Positions 1 to 9,423 of a stretch of 64,000 bases of DNA are shown piece after piece. The stretch's first letter is position 1, and the number at the start of each line of letters is the position of its first letter. The DNA lies in contig CAWDPO010000001.1 of assembly GCA_963804165.1 (NCBI GenBank), positions 32,001-96,000 on the forward strand, in the 5' to 3' direction. The translations under genes were made by a program, and so were the position numbers. The notes beneath the pieces were generated by a model. That model worked only from the letters and a program-made list of their open reading frames with translations. It made no database searches and had not been told where the DNA came from. Source of the stretch: an uncultured delta proteobacterium (GTDB lineage Bacteria > Desulfobacterota > Binatia > UBA9968).

Positions 1-706
1 TGTCATAGACCTCGTCCGGGCTGCCCAATTGCTCGATTTTTCCGTCTCGCATCAACGCCACCCGATGCGCCAGCGTCATCGCTTCATCTTGGTCGTGGGT
101 CACGAAGATGAAGGTTGTTCCCAACTGCCGTTGTAAGTTTTTCAGCTCCAACCGCATTTGCTGGCGCAGTTGCGCGTCGAGGTTGCTCAAGGGCTCGTCC
201 AAAAGCAAGATATCAGGCTCGTAGACGAGCGCTCTGGCCAACGCCAATCGCTGCTGCTGCCCGCCGCTCAGTTGCGTGGATAAGCGTTTTTCCAGTCCTG
301 ACAGACCGACAAACTCTATGGCTCTACCGACCTTCTCGGTGATCTCGTTCTTCGACCGGCGCCGAACCAGTAGCGGGAAAGCGACATGCTCTTCCACCGT
401 CAAGTGTGGCCAGACGGCAAAGGCTTGAAAGACCATTCCCATGTTGCGCTTTTCGGCGGGGGTGAAGACACCTGATTGAGCGTCGACGACAATATTTTCT
501 TTCAGCCGAACGACTCCGCCGTCAGGCCGCTCCAATCCGGCTACCAAACGCAGCGTCGTGCTCTTGCCACAGCCGCTCGGTCCCAACAGCACGAGTATCT
601 CGCGCTCGTAGACGTCAAAGCTTACCTGGTCGAGCACGCAAACGCCGCTGTAATATTTGCTGAGACCGTCGACGCTCAGTATGACCTTGGCAGGTGATTG
701 CGGCAT
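1..706 (-). CDS. ABC transporter ATP-binding protein (PotA/FbpC-like), runs off the window edge
   Basis: Manual translation from ATG at 706: MPQSPAKVILSVDGLSKYY...LLGPSGCGKSTTLR (Walker A)...LSGGQQQRLALAR...LLLDEPLSNLD...FVTHDQDEAMTLA. Not in the ORF track because the stop lies outside the window. Confidence 0.92.
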   Translation of the reverse strand, partial: MPQSPAKVILSVDGLSKYYSGVCVLDQVSFDVYEREILVLLGPSGCGKSTTLRLVAGLERPDGGVVRLKENIVVDAQSGVFTPAEKRNMGMVFQAFAVWPHLTVEEHVAFPLLVRRRSKNEITEKVGRAIEFVGLSGLEKRLSTQLSGGQQQRLALARALVYEPDILLLDEPLSNLDAQLRQQMRLELKNLQRQLGTTFIFVTHDQDEAMTLAHRVALMRDGKIEQLGSPDEVYD

Positions 707-767
707 GAATCGCGCCAAATGGATGCGAACTCTATACGACGCTCGATCAGCCTTGTTGGGCGCGGGT

Positions 768-1904
768 CTACCGCCCCAGAAGATTGTTTAAGACTTTCAT
801 CACTTCGGGGCGCTTCTTGGTGTAGAAATCGTGGGAATAGGTATCGAGGTATTTCACTCCGGGTTTGGGATAAAGATAGGATGGAACGTCATCCAATTGC
901 ACATCGACACGGCGGCTCGGTTGATCGACCGTACGGGAGCAAATTTCTTGACCTTCTTTGGAAGCCAGCCAGTTTAGCAAGACGATAGCCCCGTCAGGAT
1001 GAGGCGCGTCCTTCATCACCTTCACCACGCCCGATCCGCCAAGCAGATAACCGGGTGCATCGTCGAGACTGTTGAGAACCTTCAAGGGAAAGCCTTCCTT
1101 CATGAATGGTTCGAAGCCTCGCTCTTGCACGCCCAGCGCCATAAAATACGTTCCGCGCGCAATCCAATCTGAGAGCTGACGGTGATTCGTGGAGTAAACC
1201 AGAGACTGACCGAGATATAGTTTACGGACATAATCTTCGCCGAACATCGTCAGCAAATATGCCGCGGTGGCCTGCCCAGCCCCGCTGATTCGAGGATCGA
1301 ATCCCGCGATCTTGCCTTTGAATTTGGGGTTGAGGAGGTCCACGGTGGAGCGTAACTCCTGAGGCTTGACTTGATCGGTGTTGAACAGCAGTCTTCCGAA
1401 GGATGCAAATTCTGAAAGCTGCAGCAGATACTGCCCTTCGAGATCGTTGAATTTCAGACTGCCGCCGCGCCAGTACTTTCCATTAGCGACTTCGGGCAGA
1501 AGCAACTTGGGTTTCACGGGCGCCAGGCAACCCTTTGGATGGAGCGTGATCAATTCACTCAATCCGCTCAGCAGAACATCCATACTTGCGCGGCCGGCGG
1601 CGCACTCTCGTCCGGCTACGGCTACGAGCTCCGCGCCTTCGAGCACGCGGATTTCCACCGTGATGCCATACCGTTTTGCGAACGCCGTGGTGACGCCTTG
1701 CCGAAACTCCGGCGTACCGACGTTTGACCCCAGAGTGACGCGGCCATCCTGACGCGCCCGAGCCAAAACTTTGTCCCAGTCATCCGCCTGGGTTTGGCGC
1801 GCTTCCCCCGCATACGACAAAGCCGCAGAAAGGAGGACCGACGCCGCAACGAGTAGAAGTTCGAGTATTGCTGTCTGTGATGATTTAAACCGTCTCAACC
1901 CCAT
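768..1904 (-). CDS. ABC transporter extracellular solute-binding protein (Fe3+/thiamine-type family)
   Basis: Signal peptide, WDKVLARARQDGRV, DLLNPKFKGKI and APHPDGAIVLLNWLASKEGQ motifs; directly upstream of the ATPase gene. Confidence 0.85.
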   Translation of the reverse strand: MGLRRFKSSQTAILELLLVAASVLLSAALSYAGEARQTQADDWDKVLARARQDGRVTLGSNVGTPEFRQGVTTAFAKRYGITVEIRVLEGAELVAVAGRECAAGRASMDVLLSGLSELITLHPKGCLAPVKPKLLLPEVANGKYWRGGSLKFNDLEGQYLLQLSEFASFGRLLFNTDQVKPQELRSTVDLLNPKFKGKIAGFDPRISGAGQATAAYLLTMFGEDYVRKLYLGQSLVYSTNHRQLSDWIARGTYFMALGVQERGFEPFMKEGFPLKVLNSLDDAPGYLLGGSGVVKVMKDAPHPDGAIVLLNWLASKEGQEICSRTVDQPSRRVDVQLDDVPSYLYPKPGVKYLDTYSHDFYTKKRPEVMKVLNNLLGR

Positions 1905-1978
1905 TCACGACCTCGTGGCTCGCAATGAACACAACACGCGCCAAGCAAAGTAGACCGAGTTTTGCCGACCCTAATACC

Positions 1979-2851
1979 TTATTGCCAATAGAGCTTCCGA
2001 TAAGTGTCAATCATAACCGAATCCTGACTGCCTTCGAGGAATTCCAACAGCGTGCGGTTAAATATATCGGCGCGCTCATACTGCGGCCAGTGACCTGACT
2101 TGTCGACCAGCACGAATCTCGACCCGGGCACGGACTGATGAACCTTGTCGGCCACCGGCCAAGGGCAAGTCGGATTGTGGGTCGTCCAGAAGAAAAGTAT
2201 CGGCACTTGCAGCTTGGGGATCTTGTCGATCAAATTATAAATCGTTCGATCGCGGGTCTGGAGCACATGCTGAAAATCCGGCTGGCTGTAGATTTTGAGC
2301 CTGATATCGACCAATTCGTCCGGTAAGGTCTTCGGATCGTGAAACAACCATTCCATCCGCTTGCGGATAGTTTCCTTCGTCGGCATGCCAGTCGCTTCGC
2401 GGTTGAGTTCCTGGAGACGATTCTGCCCCGACATGTAGCCGTGCTCGTTGGACGGAATACCACCGACGATAAGACCCAGCTTGTCGACGCGCTCGGGATG
2501 CTCATGGGCTGTCAACACGCTGATTTGGCCGCCTTGGGACTCGCCCACCAGGTGCGCTTTCTTGATGCCCGCCGCGTCCATGAAGTCCACCAGATGTTTG
2601 GAAAATGCATCGAGATTGTAGGTGATCTTCGGCTTATCCGTGTACCCATGACCGAGATAATCGATCGCCAGAACACGAAATTTTTCCGACAACGGGATGA
2701 GATTGCGCACCCAGGTTTCAGCGTGGCCGCCGCCGCCGTGCAAAAGTATCACCGGTTTTCCCTCGCCTTTTTCAAAGCAGCGCGTGCGAATTCCAGCCGC
2801 GTCGTAATAGCGCTCATATTTTGCGTACGTTTCCAGCTCTTTCGCTGACAT
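1979..2851 (-). CDS. Alpha/beta hydrolase, MhpC/BphD-like (meta-cleavage product hydrolase type)
   Basis: LLHGGGG, GESQGG nucleophile elbow and GHWPQYE. Start set at ATG 2851, which follows an AAAGGA SD. Confidence 0.8.
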   Translation of the reverse strand: MSAKELETYAKYERYYDAAGIRTRCFEKGEGKPVILLHGGGGHAETWVRNLIPLSEKFRVLAIDYLGHGYTDKPKITYNLDAFSKHLVDFMDAAGIKKAHLVGESQGGQISVLTAHEHPERVDKLGLIVGGIPSNEHGYMSGQNRLQELNREATGMPTKETIRKRMEWLFHDPKTLPDELVDIRLKIYSQPDFQHVLQTRDRTIYNLIDKIPKLQVPILFFWTTHNPTCPWPVADKVHQSVPGSRFVLVDKSGHWPQYERADIFNRTLLEFLEGSQDSVMIDTYRKLYWQ

Positions 2852-2889
2852 TGAGGAGTTCCTTTCGTAATTCAATGCGATTTCTAGTT

Positions 2890-2948
2890 GTCTCACACCG
2901 CAGGACGATGTCTCAGCGACACTACTCCAGCCGCTTTCTTGGTGTCAA
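2890..2948 (-). promoter_or_regulatory. Sigma70-like promoter TTGACA-N18-TAGTGT with a downstream 17-bp operator-like palindrome
   Basis: -35 at 2948-2943 and -10 at 2924-2919 on the minus strand; GTCTCA-caccg-CAGGAC at 2890-2906. Confidence 0.55.
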
Positions 2949-3121
2949 GAACTCGCATGAGCTTACCGATGATCATCAGCCCGTCTTGGCGCAATCAAAG
3001 ATCGCAGCATCCTCACGACTGCTGAGTCGGATCGACTTTGATGTCTTTCATGAATGCGAAACTCAGCGAGCTCACCGAGAGCCCGCCAACTTGTTTTTGC
3101 AAAAGAGTCGACGCACATTTC

Positions 3122-3179
3122 TTGACAAGGGAGAAAAGCTTGGATTAGTGTATCGAGATGATGTTTTACGATATAAGAC
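3122..3179 (+). promoter_or_regulatory. Sigma70-like promoter TTGACA-N18-TAGTGT with a downstream 17-bp operator-like palindrome
   Basis: TTGACA 3122-3127, TAGTGT 3146-3151, GTTTTA-cgata-TAAGAC 3163-3179; mirrors the divergent promoter. Confidence 0.55.
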
Positions 3180-3264
3180 GTCATTTTTTAATGATCTGCG
3201 GCGTGGCGTCGGTGAGTAATCGCCGGCAACGTTCCGCCAGGAAACAAAACGTCTGGAGGCAGCT

Positions 3265-4698
3265 ATGATTCCCGACCTTCGTCAATTCTTGGATCGATTA
3301 GAGACCCTCGGAGATCTTCGGCGCGTCAGCAATGCGGCGCTGAAATACGAAATTGGCGCGATTTCGGAAATAGCATTCGAAAAGGGCGGGCCGGCGCTTC
3401 TTTTCGATCGCATCGAAGGATATCCACCCAACTTTCGCATCGCGGTGAACGTCTGTTCGACGCAGCGCCGATCCTTGTTAGGCGTGGGCATGGACCCGGA
3501 TTCGTCCGAACTAGACGCGATGAAGACTTGGCGGGCGCGATGGGATGCTTATCGACCGATCCCGCCAAAAGTCGTCGCCGATGGACCGATTCTGGAAAAC
3601 GTGCAAAACGGCGCCGATGTCGATCTTTTCAAAATTCCCGTGCCGATTTGGCACGAGCTCGACGGCGGCGCATACATCGGCACCGGCTTAGCGGTCATAT
3701 TGAAAGATCCCGACAAGGGTTGGGTGAACCTCGGCAGTTATCGGCTGCAGCGTCATGATCGAAACACCACCGGATTTTTCTGCGAGCCGGAAAACGACGG
3801 CGCCGCGATCGTGCGCAAGTACTGGAAGCAGGGCAAAGCAGCGCCGGTTGCTGTTTCTTTGAGTCCCGAACCGATAATTTTTCTTACGGCATCGGGTTCC
3901 ACTGGATGTCCACCGGGCGTGCCGGAATACGATTTCGCCGGATTTATCATGGGGGAACCCATCGAAGTTATCGAAGGACCGGTCACCGGCTTGCCGATTT
4001 CGGCGCGCGCCGAAATCGCCATCGAAGGCGAAGTCATGTCGCCGGAAGTCGAAACCCGACCCGAGGGACCCTTCGGCGAATGGACCGGTTATTACGCTCC
4101 CGGCGGCGTCCTGGAACCCGTGCTGCGAGTGAAAGCGCTCTATCATAGAAACGATCCGATTCTTTTCGGCGCTCCGCCATTCAAACCGCATCGCGACGCC
4201 TATTCCTTTTCGCTCCCCATGCGCACCGTTACTCGGCTCGGCGACCGGCTCCTCAAAGAGGGATTGCCGGTGCGGCGTGTCACCGACACGGTAAAAATGG
4301 GCGCGGTGGTGATCAGCGTGCATCAGGAAAGCGAGCATGACGTCACGAACATCATGAAAGTCATCGACAAGGTGAAGCCACCGAGCCGGTTGTTTATCCT
4401 GGTCGACGAAGACGTTAACCCGGAAGATCCCTTGGAAGTTCTCTGGGCCATCGGCACGCGCTTCGATCCGATCACCGGTGTGCGCGTCAGCGTCACGCAG
4501 AGCGCCTGGTTGTTGGATCCGATGCGGACGACGGACCAGAGAGCGGGTCACTCCGCGCAGCCGTACAAGCGGCTGATCATCAACGGCTGCCGGCCGTTCG
4601 AACGGTTGAAGGACTTTCCGACGGTCAACAAGTTGAGCGACTTGCGCCGCAAAGAGACTTGGCAGAAGTGGAATATGTCCGAGTGGTTATCTAAATGA
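3265..4698 (+). CDS. UbiD family (prFMN-dependent) decarboxylase
   Basis: DLRQFLDRLE...GPALLFDRIEGYP, WHELDGGAYIGT, VNLGSYRLQ, EGPFGEWTGYY, VDEDVNP; GGAGG SD. Confidence 0.92.
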   Translation: MIPDLRQFLDRLETLGDLRRVSNAALKYEIGAISEIAFEKGGPALLFDRIEGYPPNFRIAVNVCSTQRRSLLGVGMDPDSSELDAMKTWRARWDAYRPIPPKVVADGPILENVQNGADVDLFKIPVPIWHELDGGAYIGTGLAVILKDPDKGWVNLGSYRLQRHDRNTTGFFCEPENDGAAIVRKYWKQGKAAPVAVSLSPEPIIFLTASGSTGCPPGVPEYDFAGFIMGEPIEVIEGPVTGLPISARAEIAIEGEVMSPEVETRPEGPFGEWTGYYAPGGVLEPVLRVKALYHRNDPILFGAPPFKPHRDAYSFSLPMRTVTRLGDRLLKEGLPVRRVTDTVKMGAVVISVHQESEHDVTNIMKVIDKVKPPSRLFILVDEDVNPEDPLEVLWAIGTRFDPITGVRVSVTQSAWLLDPMRTTDQRAGHSAQPYKRLIINGCRPFERLKDFPTVNKLSDLRRKETWQKWNMSEWLSK

Positions 4699-4738
4699 TC
4701 CTAATTCACGACGGTCACAAAGCCCCGAGATCACGTTT

Positions 4739-6010
4739 ATGAACGAAGCAGAAAATGAATTATTGACAAGAACCGGACCGGGAACTCCCTGCGGCGAGTT
4801 GATGCGCCGCTACTGGCAGCCTGCGGCTCTCTCTGAAGAGCTGCCGCCAGGCGCTCCTCCCCTGCCAGTTAAATTATTTGGCGAAGAGCTCGTCCTGTTT
4901 CGCAACGATCAGGGGAAGCTCGGTCTCATCGACCTTCACTGCGCGCACCGTGGCGCCGATCTGAGCTACGGCAGACTCGAAGACGGCGGGATCCGCTGCA
5001 TCTATCATGGCTGGCTCTACGATGTGGACGGCAAGGTCATCGACATGCCGGGAGAAATTGATGGAGGCAAAGGTTTTCGCGAATCGATCTGCCACAACGC
5101 GTATCCGGTGGAAGAGCGGGCCGGCGTGATCTTCGCCTACATGGGGCCCGGCAAACCACCGTTGATTCCCAACTACGGCTATCTCACCGTGCCCCTCGAT
5201 CATGTCTACGTCACGAAGATTTACCAGGAATGTAACTATCTGCAGGGCAACGAGGGCAACATCGATCTCATGCACCTGTCCTACCTCCATTTTAACAAGT
5301 ATCGCGATACCGGCGGGCCGGGCGTCGAACCGGTAAAATTCTCCGGGCAAGGCGGCGCTCCGGGTGGTATCGAGACCACTGAAGCAGATCTCACGGATTT
5401 CGGATTGCGCGTTTGCAAGACCAGAAAAGTCGGCGCGGACAAAAAATATCTGCGCGTTGGCAATTTTGTCATGCCGAATCTTTCCGCTCCTCCCGGACAG
5501 TTCAACGGTCACGAAGGCTACCTGATGAACTGGCATGTGCCCATCGACGACACGCATCATTGGAAATACATCATCATCTTTCACCGCGAGCGTCCGCTGA
5601 ACGCCGAGGAGCAGCGGCGCAATCGCTTGGAGCTCAGCGAAGGCTACCGGCCGGTGCGAAACAAATCGAACCGCTACATGCAAGATCGGGAGTCGATGAA
5701 AGACGAGAGCTACAGCGGCATCGGGCTGGTTTTCCAAGTTCAGGATGTCTGCGTCACCGAAGGCGCCGGCGCGATTCAAGACCGCACCAAAGAGCATCTC
5801 GTGACATCGTCCGATGCCGCCATCGTCGTGGCGCGCAAGCTCATGTTGAAAGGCATTCAGGATGTGGAAGCCGGCCGCGATCCCCAGCACGTGATCAGGG
5901 ATCCCGCGGCAAATAATTTGTCTCATCTTTTCGCCTACAGCGCGGTCGTCAATAAAGATGCTAACTGGAAAGAAATCTGCAATGGCATCGCCGCTGAGGC
6001 GAGAGCCTAG
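4739..6010 (+). CDS. Rieske aromatic ring-hydroxylating oxygenase subunit, phthalate 4,5-dioxygenase (OphA2)-like
   Basis: ENELLTRTGPGTPCGELMRRYWQP N-terminus, Rieske CAH...CIYHGW, mononuclear Fe motif DLMHLSYLH, QD...DRTKEHL. Confidence 0.9.
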   Translation: MNEAENELLTRTGPGTPCGELMRRYWQPAALSEELPPGAPPLPVKLFGEELVLFRNDQGKLGLIDLHCAHRGADLSYGRLEDGGIRCIYHGWLYDVDGKVIDMPGEIDGGKGFRESICHNAYPVEERAGVIFAYMGPGKPPLIPNYGYLTVPLDHVYVTKIYQECNYLQGNEGNIDLMHLSYLHFNKYRDTGGPGVEPVKFSGQGGAPGGIETTEADLTDFGLRVCKTRKVGADKKYLRVGNFVMPNLSAPPGQFNGHEGYLMNWHVPIDDTHHWKYIIIFHRERPLNAEEQRRNRLELSEGYRPVRNKSNRYMQDRESMKDESYSGIGLVFQVQDVCVTEGAGAIQDRTKEHLVTSSDAAIVVARKLMLKGIQDVEAGRDPQHVIRDPAANNLSHLFAYSAVVNKDANWKEICNGIAAEARA

Positions 6011-6054
6011 AAGTTTCGGAATACTGAAACACAAAGGAACAACGCGGAGGGATT

Positions 6055-7281
6055 ATGGATGACGTTTTACGTTTAGGATTCGTCGGCGTCGGCATGGCCG
6101 TAACGAGAATTTTTTCCGAGAAACCGGGCATCACAAAACTGCCGTACGTTAAGATCACCGGCGCCGCGGATCCGCGCAGTCACGCATTGGATGTTTTTGA
6201 AAAGGAATTCAACGCGGAGACTTACAACAATATCGAAGATCTGTGTAAGAGCCGAAACGTCGATGCGGTCTACATCGCCACGCCGCCGGAAATGCACGCC
6301 GAGCATACGTTGATCGCGGCGAAACACGGCAAGCATGTCATCGTCGAAAAACCCATGGCGTTGACGATCGAAGATGCGGAAAAAATGAACGACACCGCCG
6401 ACAAGTACAAGATCAAATTGTTGTGCGGTCACACCCACAGTTTCGATGCTCCGGTGCGCAAGATGCGGGAAATCGTCAAGGGCGGCGAGCTCGGTCCCCT
6501 GCGCATGATCAACACCTGGAACTTCAACGAATTCATGTATCGCCCTTGGCCGACCCATGAATTGGTCACCAGCAACGGACTCATTTTCAATCAAACGCCG
6601 CATCAGGTAGACGTCGTGCGCTTGATCGGCGGCGGCAAGGTAAAAACGGTGAGAGCGTGGACGGGCGCCTGGGACAAAATCCGTCCCGGCGTCGGCGCGT
6701 ATTCCTGCTTTTTCGAATTCGAAGACGGCGTTCCCGCGACGATGGTCTACAACGGCTATGGGTTCTTCGACACCGCCGAGCTCATGTGGTGGACCGGCGA
6801 GGGCGGACAGCCGCGCGACCCCGACACGAATCTGAAAATGCGAACCAACCTTAGCGGCATTGGCGGCGACAACGTCGACAAGGTCCTCGAAGAGCAAAAG
6901 GAACAGATGCGCTACGGCCAAAGGTCGGATAAATGGCCGTCGATCTGGCAGATCTGGGGCGCCGGTCACGACGCGCCGGTGCACCACCAGTCGTTCTTCG
7001 GCTTGACCGTGGTCTCCTGTGAAAAAGGCGATATGCGCCAATCGCAAGACGGCATCTTTGTATATGGCGACAACAAGAAATGGGAAGTTTCCCTGGAAAA
7101 AGTGATGCGCGGCCGCCAAGCCGAAGTGACGGAGTTGTATGAGGCGGTGAAGAACAACCGGCCGGTGTCGCACGACGGACGCTGGGGCGAAGCAACATTG
7201 GAAGTTTGTTTGGCCATCGTCGAGTCCGGCAAGACCGGCAAAGAAATCGTCATGAAGCACCAAGTCCCGTCCTGGGAATAG
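6055..7281 (+). CDS. Gfo/Idh/MocA oxidoreductase, phthalate cis-dihydrodiol dehydrogenase (OphB)-like
   Basis: GFVGVG, VYIATP, VIVEKPMA, GHTHSFDAP, FNQTPHQVDVVRLIGGG, SHDGRWGEATLEVCLAI. Confidence 0.85.
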   Translation: MDDVLRLGFVGVGMAVTRIFSEKPGITKLPYVKITGAADPRSHALDVFEKEFNAETYNNIEDLCKSRNVDAVYIATPPEMHAEHTLIAAKHGKHVIVEKPMALTIEDAEKMNDTADKYKIKLLCGHTHSFDAPVRKMREIVKGGELGPLRMINTWNFNEFMYRPWPTHELVTSNGLIFNQTPHQVDVVRLIGGGKVKTVRAWTGAWDKIRPGVGAYSCFFEFEDGVPATMVYNGYGFFDTAELMWWTGEGGQPRDPDTNLKMRTNLSGIGGDNVDKVLEEQKEQMRYGQRSDKWPSIWQIWGAGHDAPVHHQSFFGLTVVSCEKGDMRQSQDGIFVYGDNKKWEVSLEKVMRGRQAEVTELYEAVKNNRPVSHDGRWGEATLEVCLAIVESGKTGKEIVMKHQVPSWE

Positions 7282-7287
7282 TTTGTC

Positions 7288-8430
7288 ATGCGGTTTATCG
7301 AGATGAGCGGCGCACTGCTGTTGCGACTATTTGGCTGGGTCGCCCTGCTGGCGTTTTCTTTCACCAATGTGTCGGCGGCGGCTCCGAGTCCCAACTGGCA
7401 AGGTGAATGGGAAAAGGCGGTCGACGCCGCCAAGAAAGAAGCACAAGTCGCCGTTTATACCAAGGCCGGATACGACGGCGTGTTTTTTGCCTTTCAGAAA
7501 AAATATCCCGAGATCAAAGTCATCTCCGTCGCCGGCCAGGCCGCCGATATCACTAACCGGTTGATTGCCGAACGTCGAGCCGAGAAATATATCGCCGACG
7601 TCTTCAGTTTCGGTGTCCGTTCAACCCAGTCGCTGATGCAAATCAAGGGGCTGGACCCGATTCGCCCCCTGCTCCTTCTGCCCGAAGTCGTTGATGAATC
7701 GAAGTGGTACGAAGGACATGTCTACACCGATCCGGAGAAGACCTACATATTGCGCTATCTCAGTGTCGCGGAGCAACAACTGGGAATGAACACGAATCTT
7801 GTCAAAGAGCAGAAAAAAGAGTTCAAATCCTACTGGGATCTCGTCAATCCGAAATGGAGGGGCAAAATCGTCGCCCGGGATGTCCGAACCGCGGGACCCG
7901 GCAATGGCAACATGCTTTTTTGGTATCACAACCCGCAGCTGGGTCCGGCTTTTCTGAAAAAAGTCTTCGGCGAGATGGATCCGACGATGACGCGCTATTC
8001 GCGCCAGGCAACCGATTGGCTCGCACAGGGCAAGTTCGCCATCTGTTTTTTTTGCAGTGAAGACGTCGAAATCGGCAAACGCCAGGGTTTGCCGATCGAT
8101 TCCCTTGACGTCGATTGGAAGGAAGGCGCCGGTCTGGTTTCACAGTCGGGCAACCTGGCCGTCTTGAAAAACGCGCCTCATCCCAATGCCGCGAAGGTTT
8201 TTATCAACTGGTTATTGTCCCGCGAGGGGCAGACCGAATTGCAGCGAGTCTTGGCGAAAGTCCAGCCGGCCGAATCACGGCGAAACGACATCCCCAAGGA
8301 CGACGTGCCGCCCGACATCAGGCGCAAACCGGGAGAGAAATATATGGATCTCGACAGCCGTCCGGAATGGAGCGACATAGAGCCGGTGCGCAAGCTCCTT
8401 AACGAAGTGCTGAAAGAGACAAAAAAATAA
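7288..8430 (+). CDS. ABC transporter extracellular solute-binding protein
   Basis: Signal peptide, WEKAVDAAKKE, DLVNPKWRGKI, APHPNAAKVFINWLLSREGQ; paralog of 768-1904. Confidence 0.85.
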   Translation: MRFIEMSGALLLRLFGWVALLAFSFTNVSAAAPSPNWQGEWEKAVDAAKKEAQVAVYTKAGYDGVFFAFQKKYPEIKVISVAGQAADITNRLIAERRAEKYIADVFSFGVRSTQSLMQIKGLDPIRPLLLLPEVVDESKWYEGHVYTDPEKTYILRYLSVAEQQLGMNTNLVKEQKKEFKSYWDLVNPKWRGKIVARDVRTAGPGNGNMLFWYHNPQLGPAFLKKVFGEMDPTMTRYSRQATDWLAQGKFAICFFCSEDVEIGKRQGLPIDSLDVDWKEGAGLVSQSGNLAVLKNAPHPNAAKVFINWLLSREGQTELQRVLAKVQPAESRRNDIPKDDVPPDIRRKPGEKYMDLDSRPEWSDIEPVRKLLNEVLKETKK

Positions 8431-8472
8431 ACCGCAGCGACAAGCCAAAATGATTCGAACGAGGAGCCAACG

Positions 8473-8862
8473 ATGACGAAACGGGAAGTGATTAAAGTTC
8501 CGAATGCGCCCAAGCACGGCGACAACCCCATACCGGTTTGCGTAAGAATGGGAAATCAGATTTTTCCCTCGGTCATCAACGGCCGCGACCCCAAAGAGCC
8601 GGGAGTGTCCGACGATCCGAAAAAACAGATCGCGCAGGCCTTCATCAACATGAAAAACATCATCGAAGCCGCCGGCGGCACCACCGACAGCATCGCTAAA
8701 GTGATCGTCTATCTGAAAGATTTCAAGCACCGCGAGTTCGTCAACAAAGAGTGGGCGGCGATGTTTCCCGACGAAGACAATCGCCCCGCACGGCACGTGA
8801 TGAACACTTCGGATCTGCGCGGAAAAACGCTCATCCAGCTCGACGTAACAGCGATGCTATAA
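8473..8862 (+). CDS. RidA/YjgF family protein (imine/enamine deaminase, 2-aminomuconate-deaminase-like)
   Basis: 129 aa; H.DNPIP, NIIEAAGGTTDSIAKVIVYL, VNKEWAAMFPD...RPARH; GAGGAG SD. Confidence 0.85.
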   Translation: MTKREVIKVPNAPKHGDNPIPVCVRMGNQIFPSVINGRDPKEPGVSDDPKKQIAQAFINMKNIIEAAGGTTDSIAKVIVYLKDFKHREFVNKEWAAMFPDEDNRPARHVMNTSDLRGKTLIQLDVTAML

Positions 8863-9143
8863 GGATCGGCGTCGCTCTACGGTGGCGCGTGTTCCGTTCC
8901 AACTGCAGGTTCGATTTCCGTCCATCACGCGATTGATTTCGTAGCGTGGAACCATCTCGCTTTCCGAATAAGGTCTTCACTCATGGTGGCACTGCCTGAG
9001 AAACACGCATGATCGGCGAGATCCTTTCCTGTTCTAGATTTCCAGCGGCCAATCAACTCGCTCATGATCTATTAGGATTCCGTTAGACACGTTTTGGGCA
9101 CTCTGATAATGAAAAGCCGCTCAAAATAGCATGCTGATACGTT

Positions 9144-9160
9144 CTCTCATATCGTGAGAC
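9144..9160. promoter_or_regulatory. Third copy of the GTCTCA-N5-TGAGAC-type palindrome
   Basis: CTCTCA-tatcg-TGAGAC, same 6-5-6 geometry as the sites at 2890 and 3163. Confidence 0.35.
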
Positions 9161-9290
9161 ATCCAATCACAAGCCATGATAATCGAGACGAGCGTAAAAA
9201 CTCCGACTAACATCTTCTGACGTTGGCGTCGTGATGTGACCCGAGATCCGCGGCAAAATGCCGCGATGTGATACCCATCTCACACGGTTT

Positions 9291-9411
9291 GTGACCGCAC
9301 GATTCCGCACTCGCGAAGCGCAAGCTCAACAGTTCCCTCAGCTAGGCACTCCCCACACGCGCCGGGGGTTGTCTGCGGCGGAAAGTCCTCGGGCATAGCC
9401 CCCCTAAATGT
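9291..9411 (-). pseudogene. Degenerate fragment of a UBP-type zinc finger gene
   Basis: Reads PEDFPPQTTPGACGECLAEGTVELALREC with indels; DNA aligns by eye with about 14070-14195 of the intact copy. Confidence 0.8.
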
Positions 9412-9423
9412 GTGTCGATCTTC

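Noticed and set aside
3688-7263. Long antisense ORFs (3688-4551, 4874-6034, 6073-7263, and similar ones at 32063, 50154 and 56753)
   Set aside because: These are shadows of well-supported genes on the other strand in GC-rich DNA, with no recognisable motifs.
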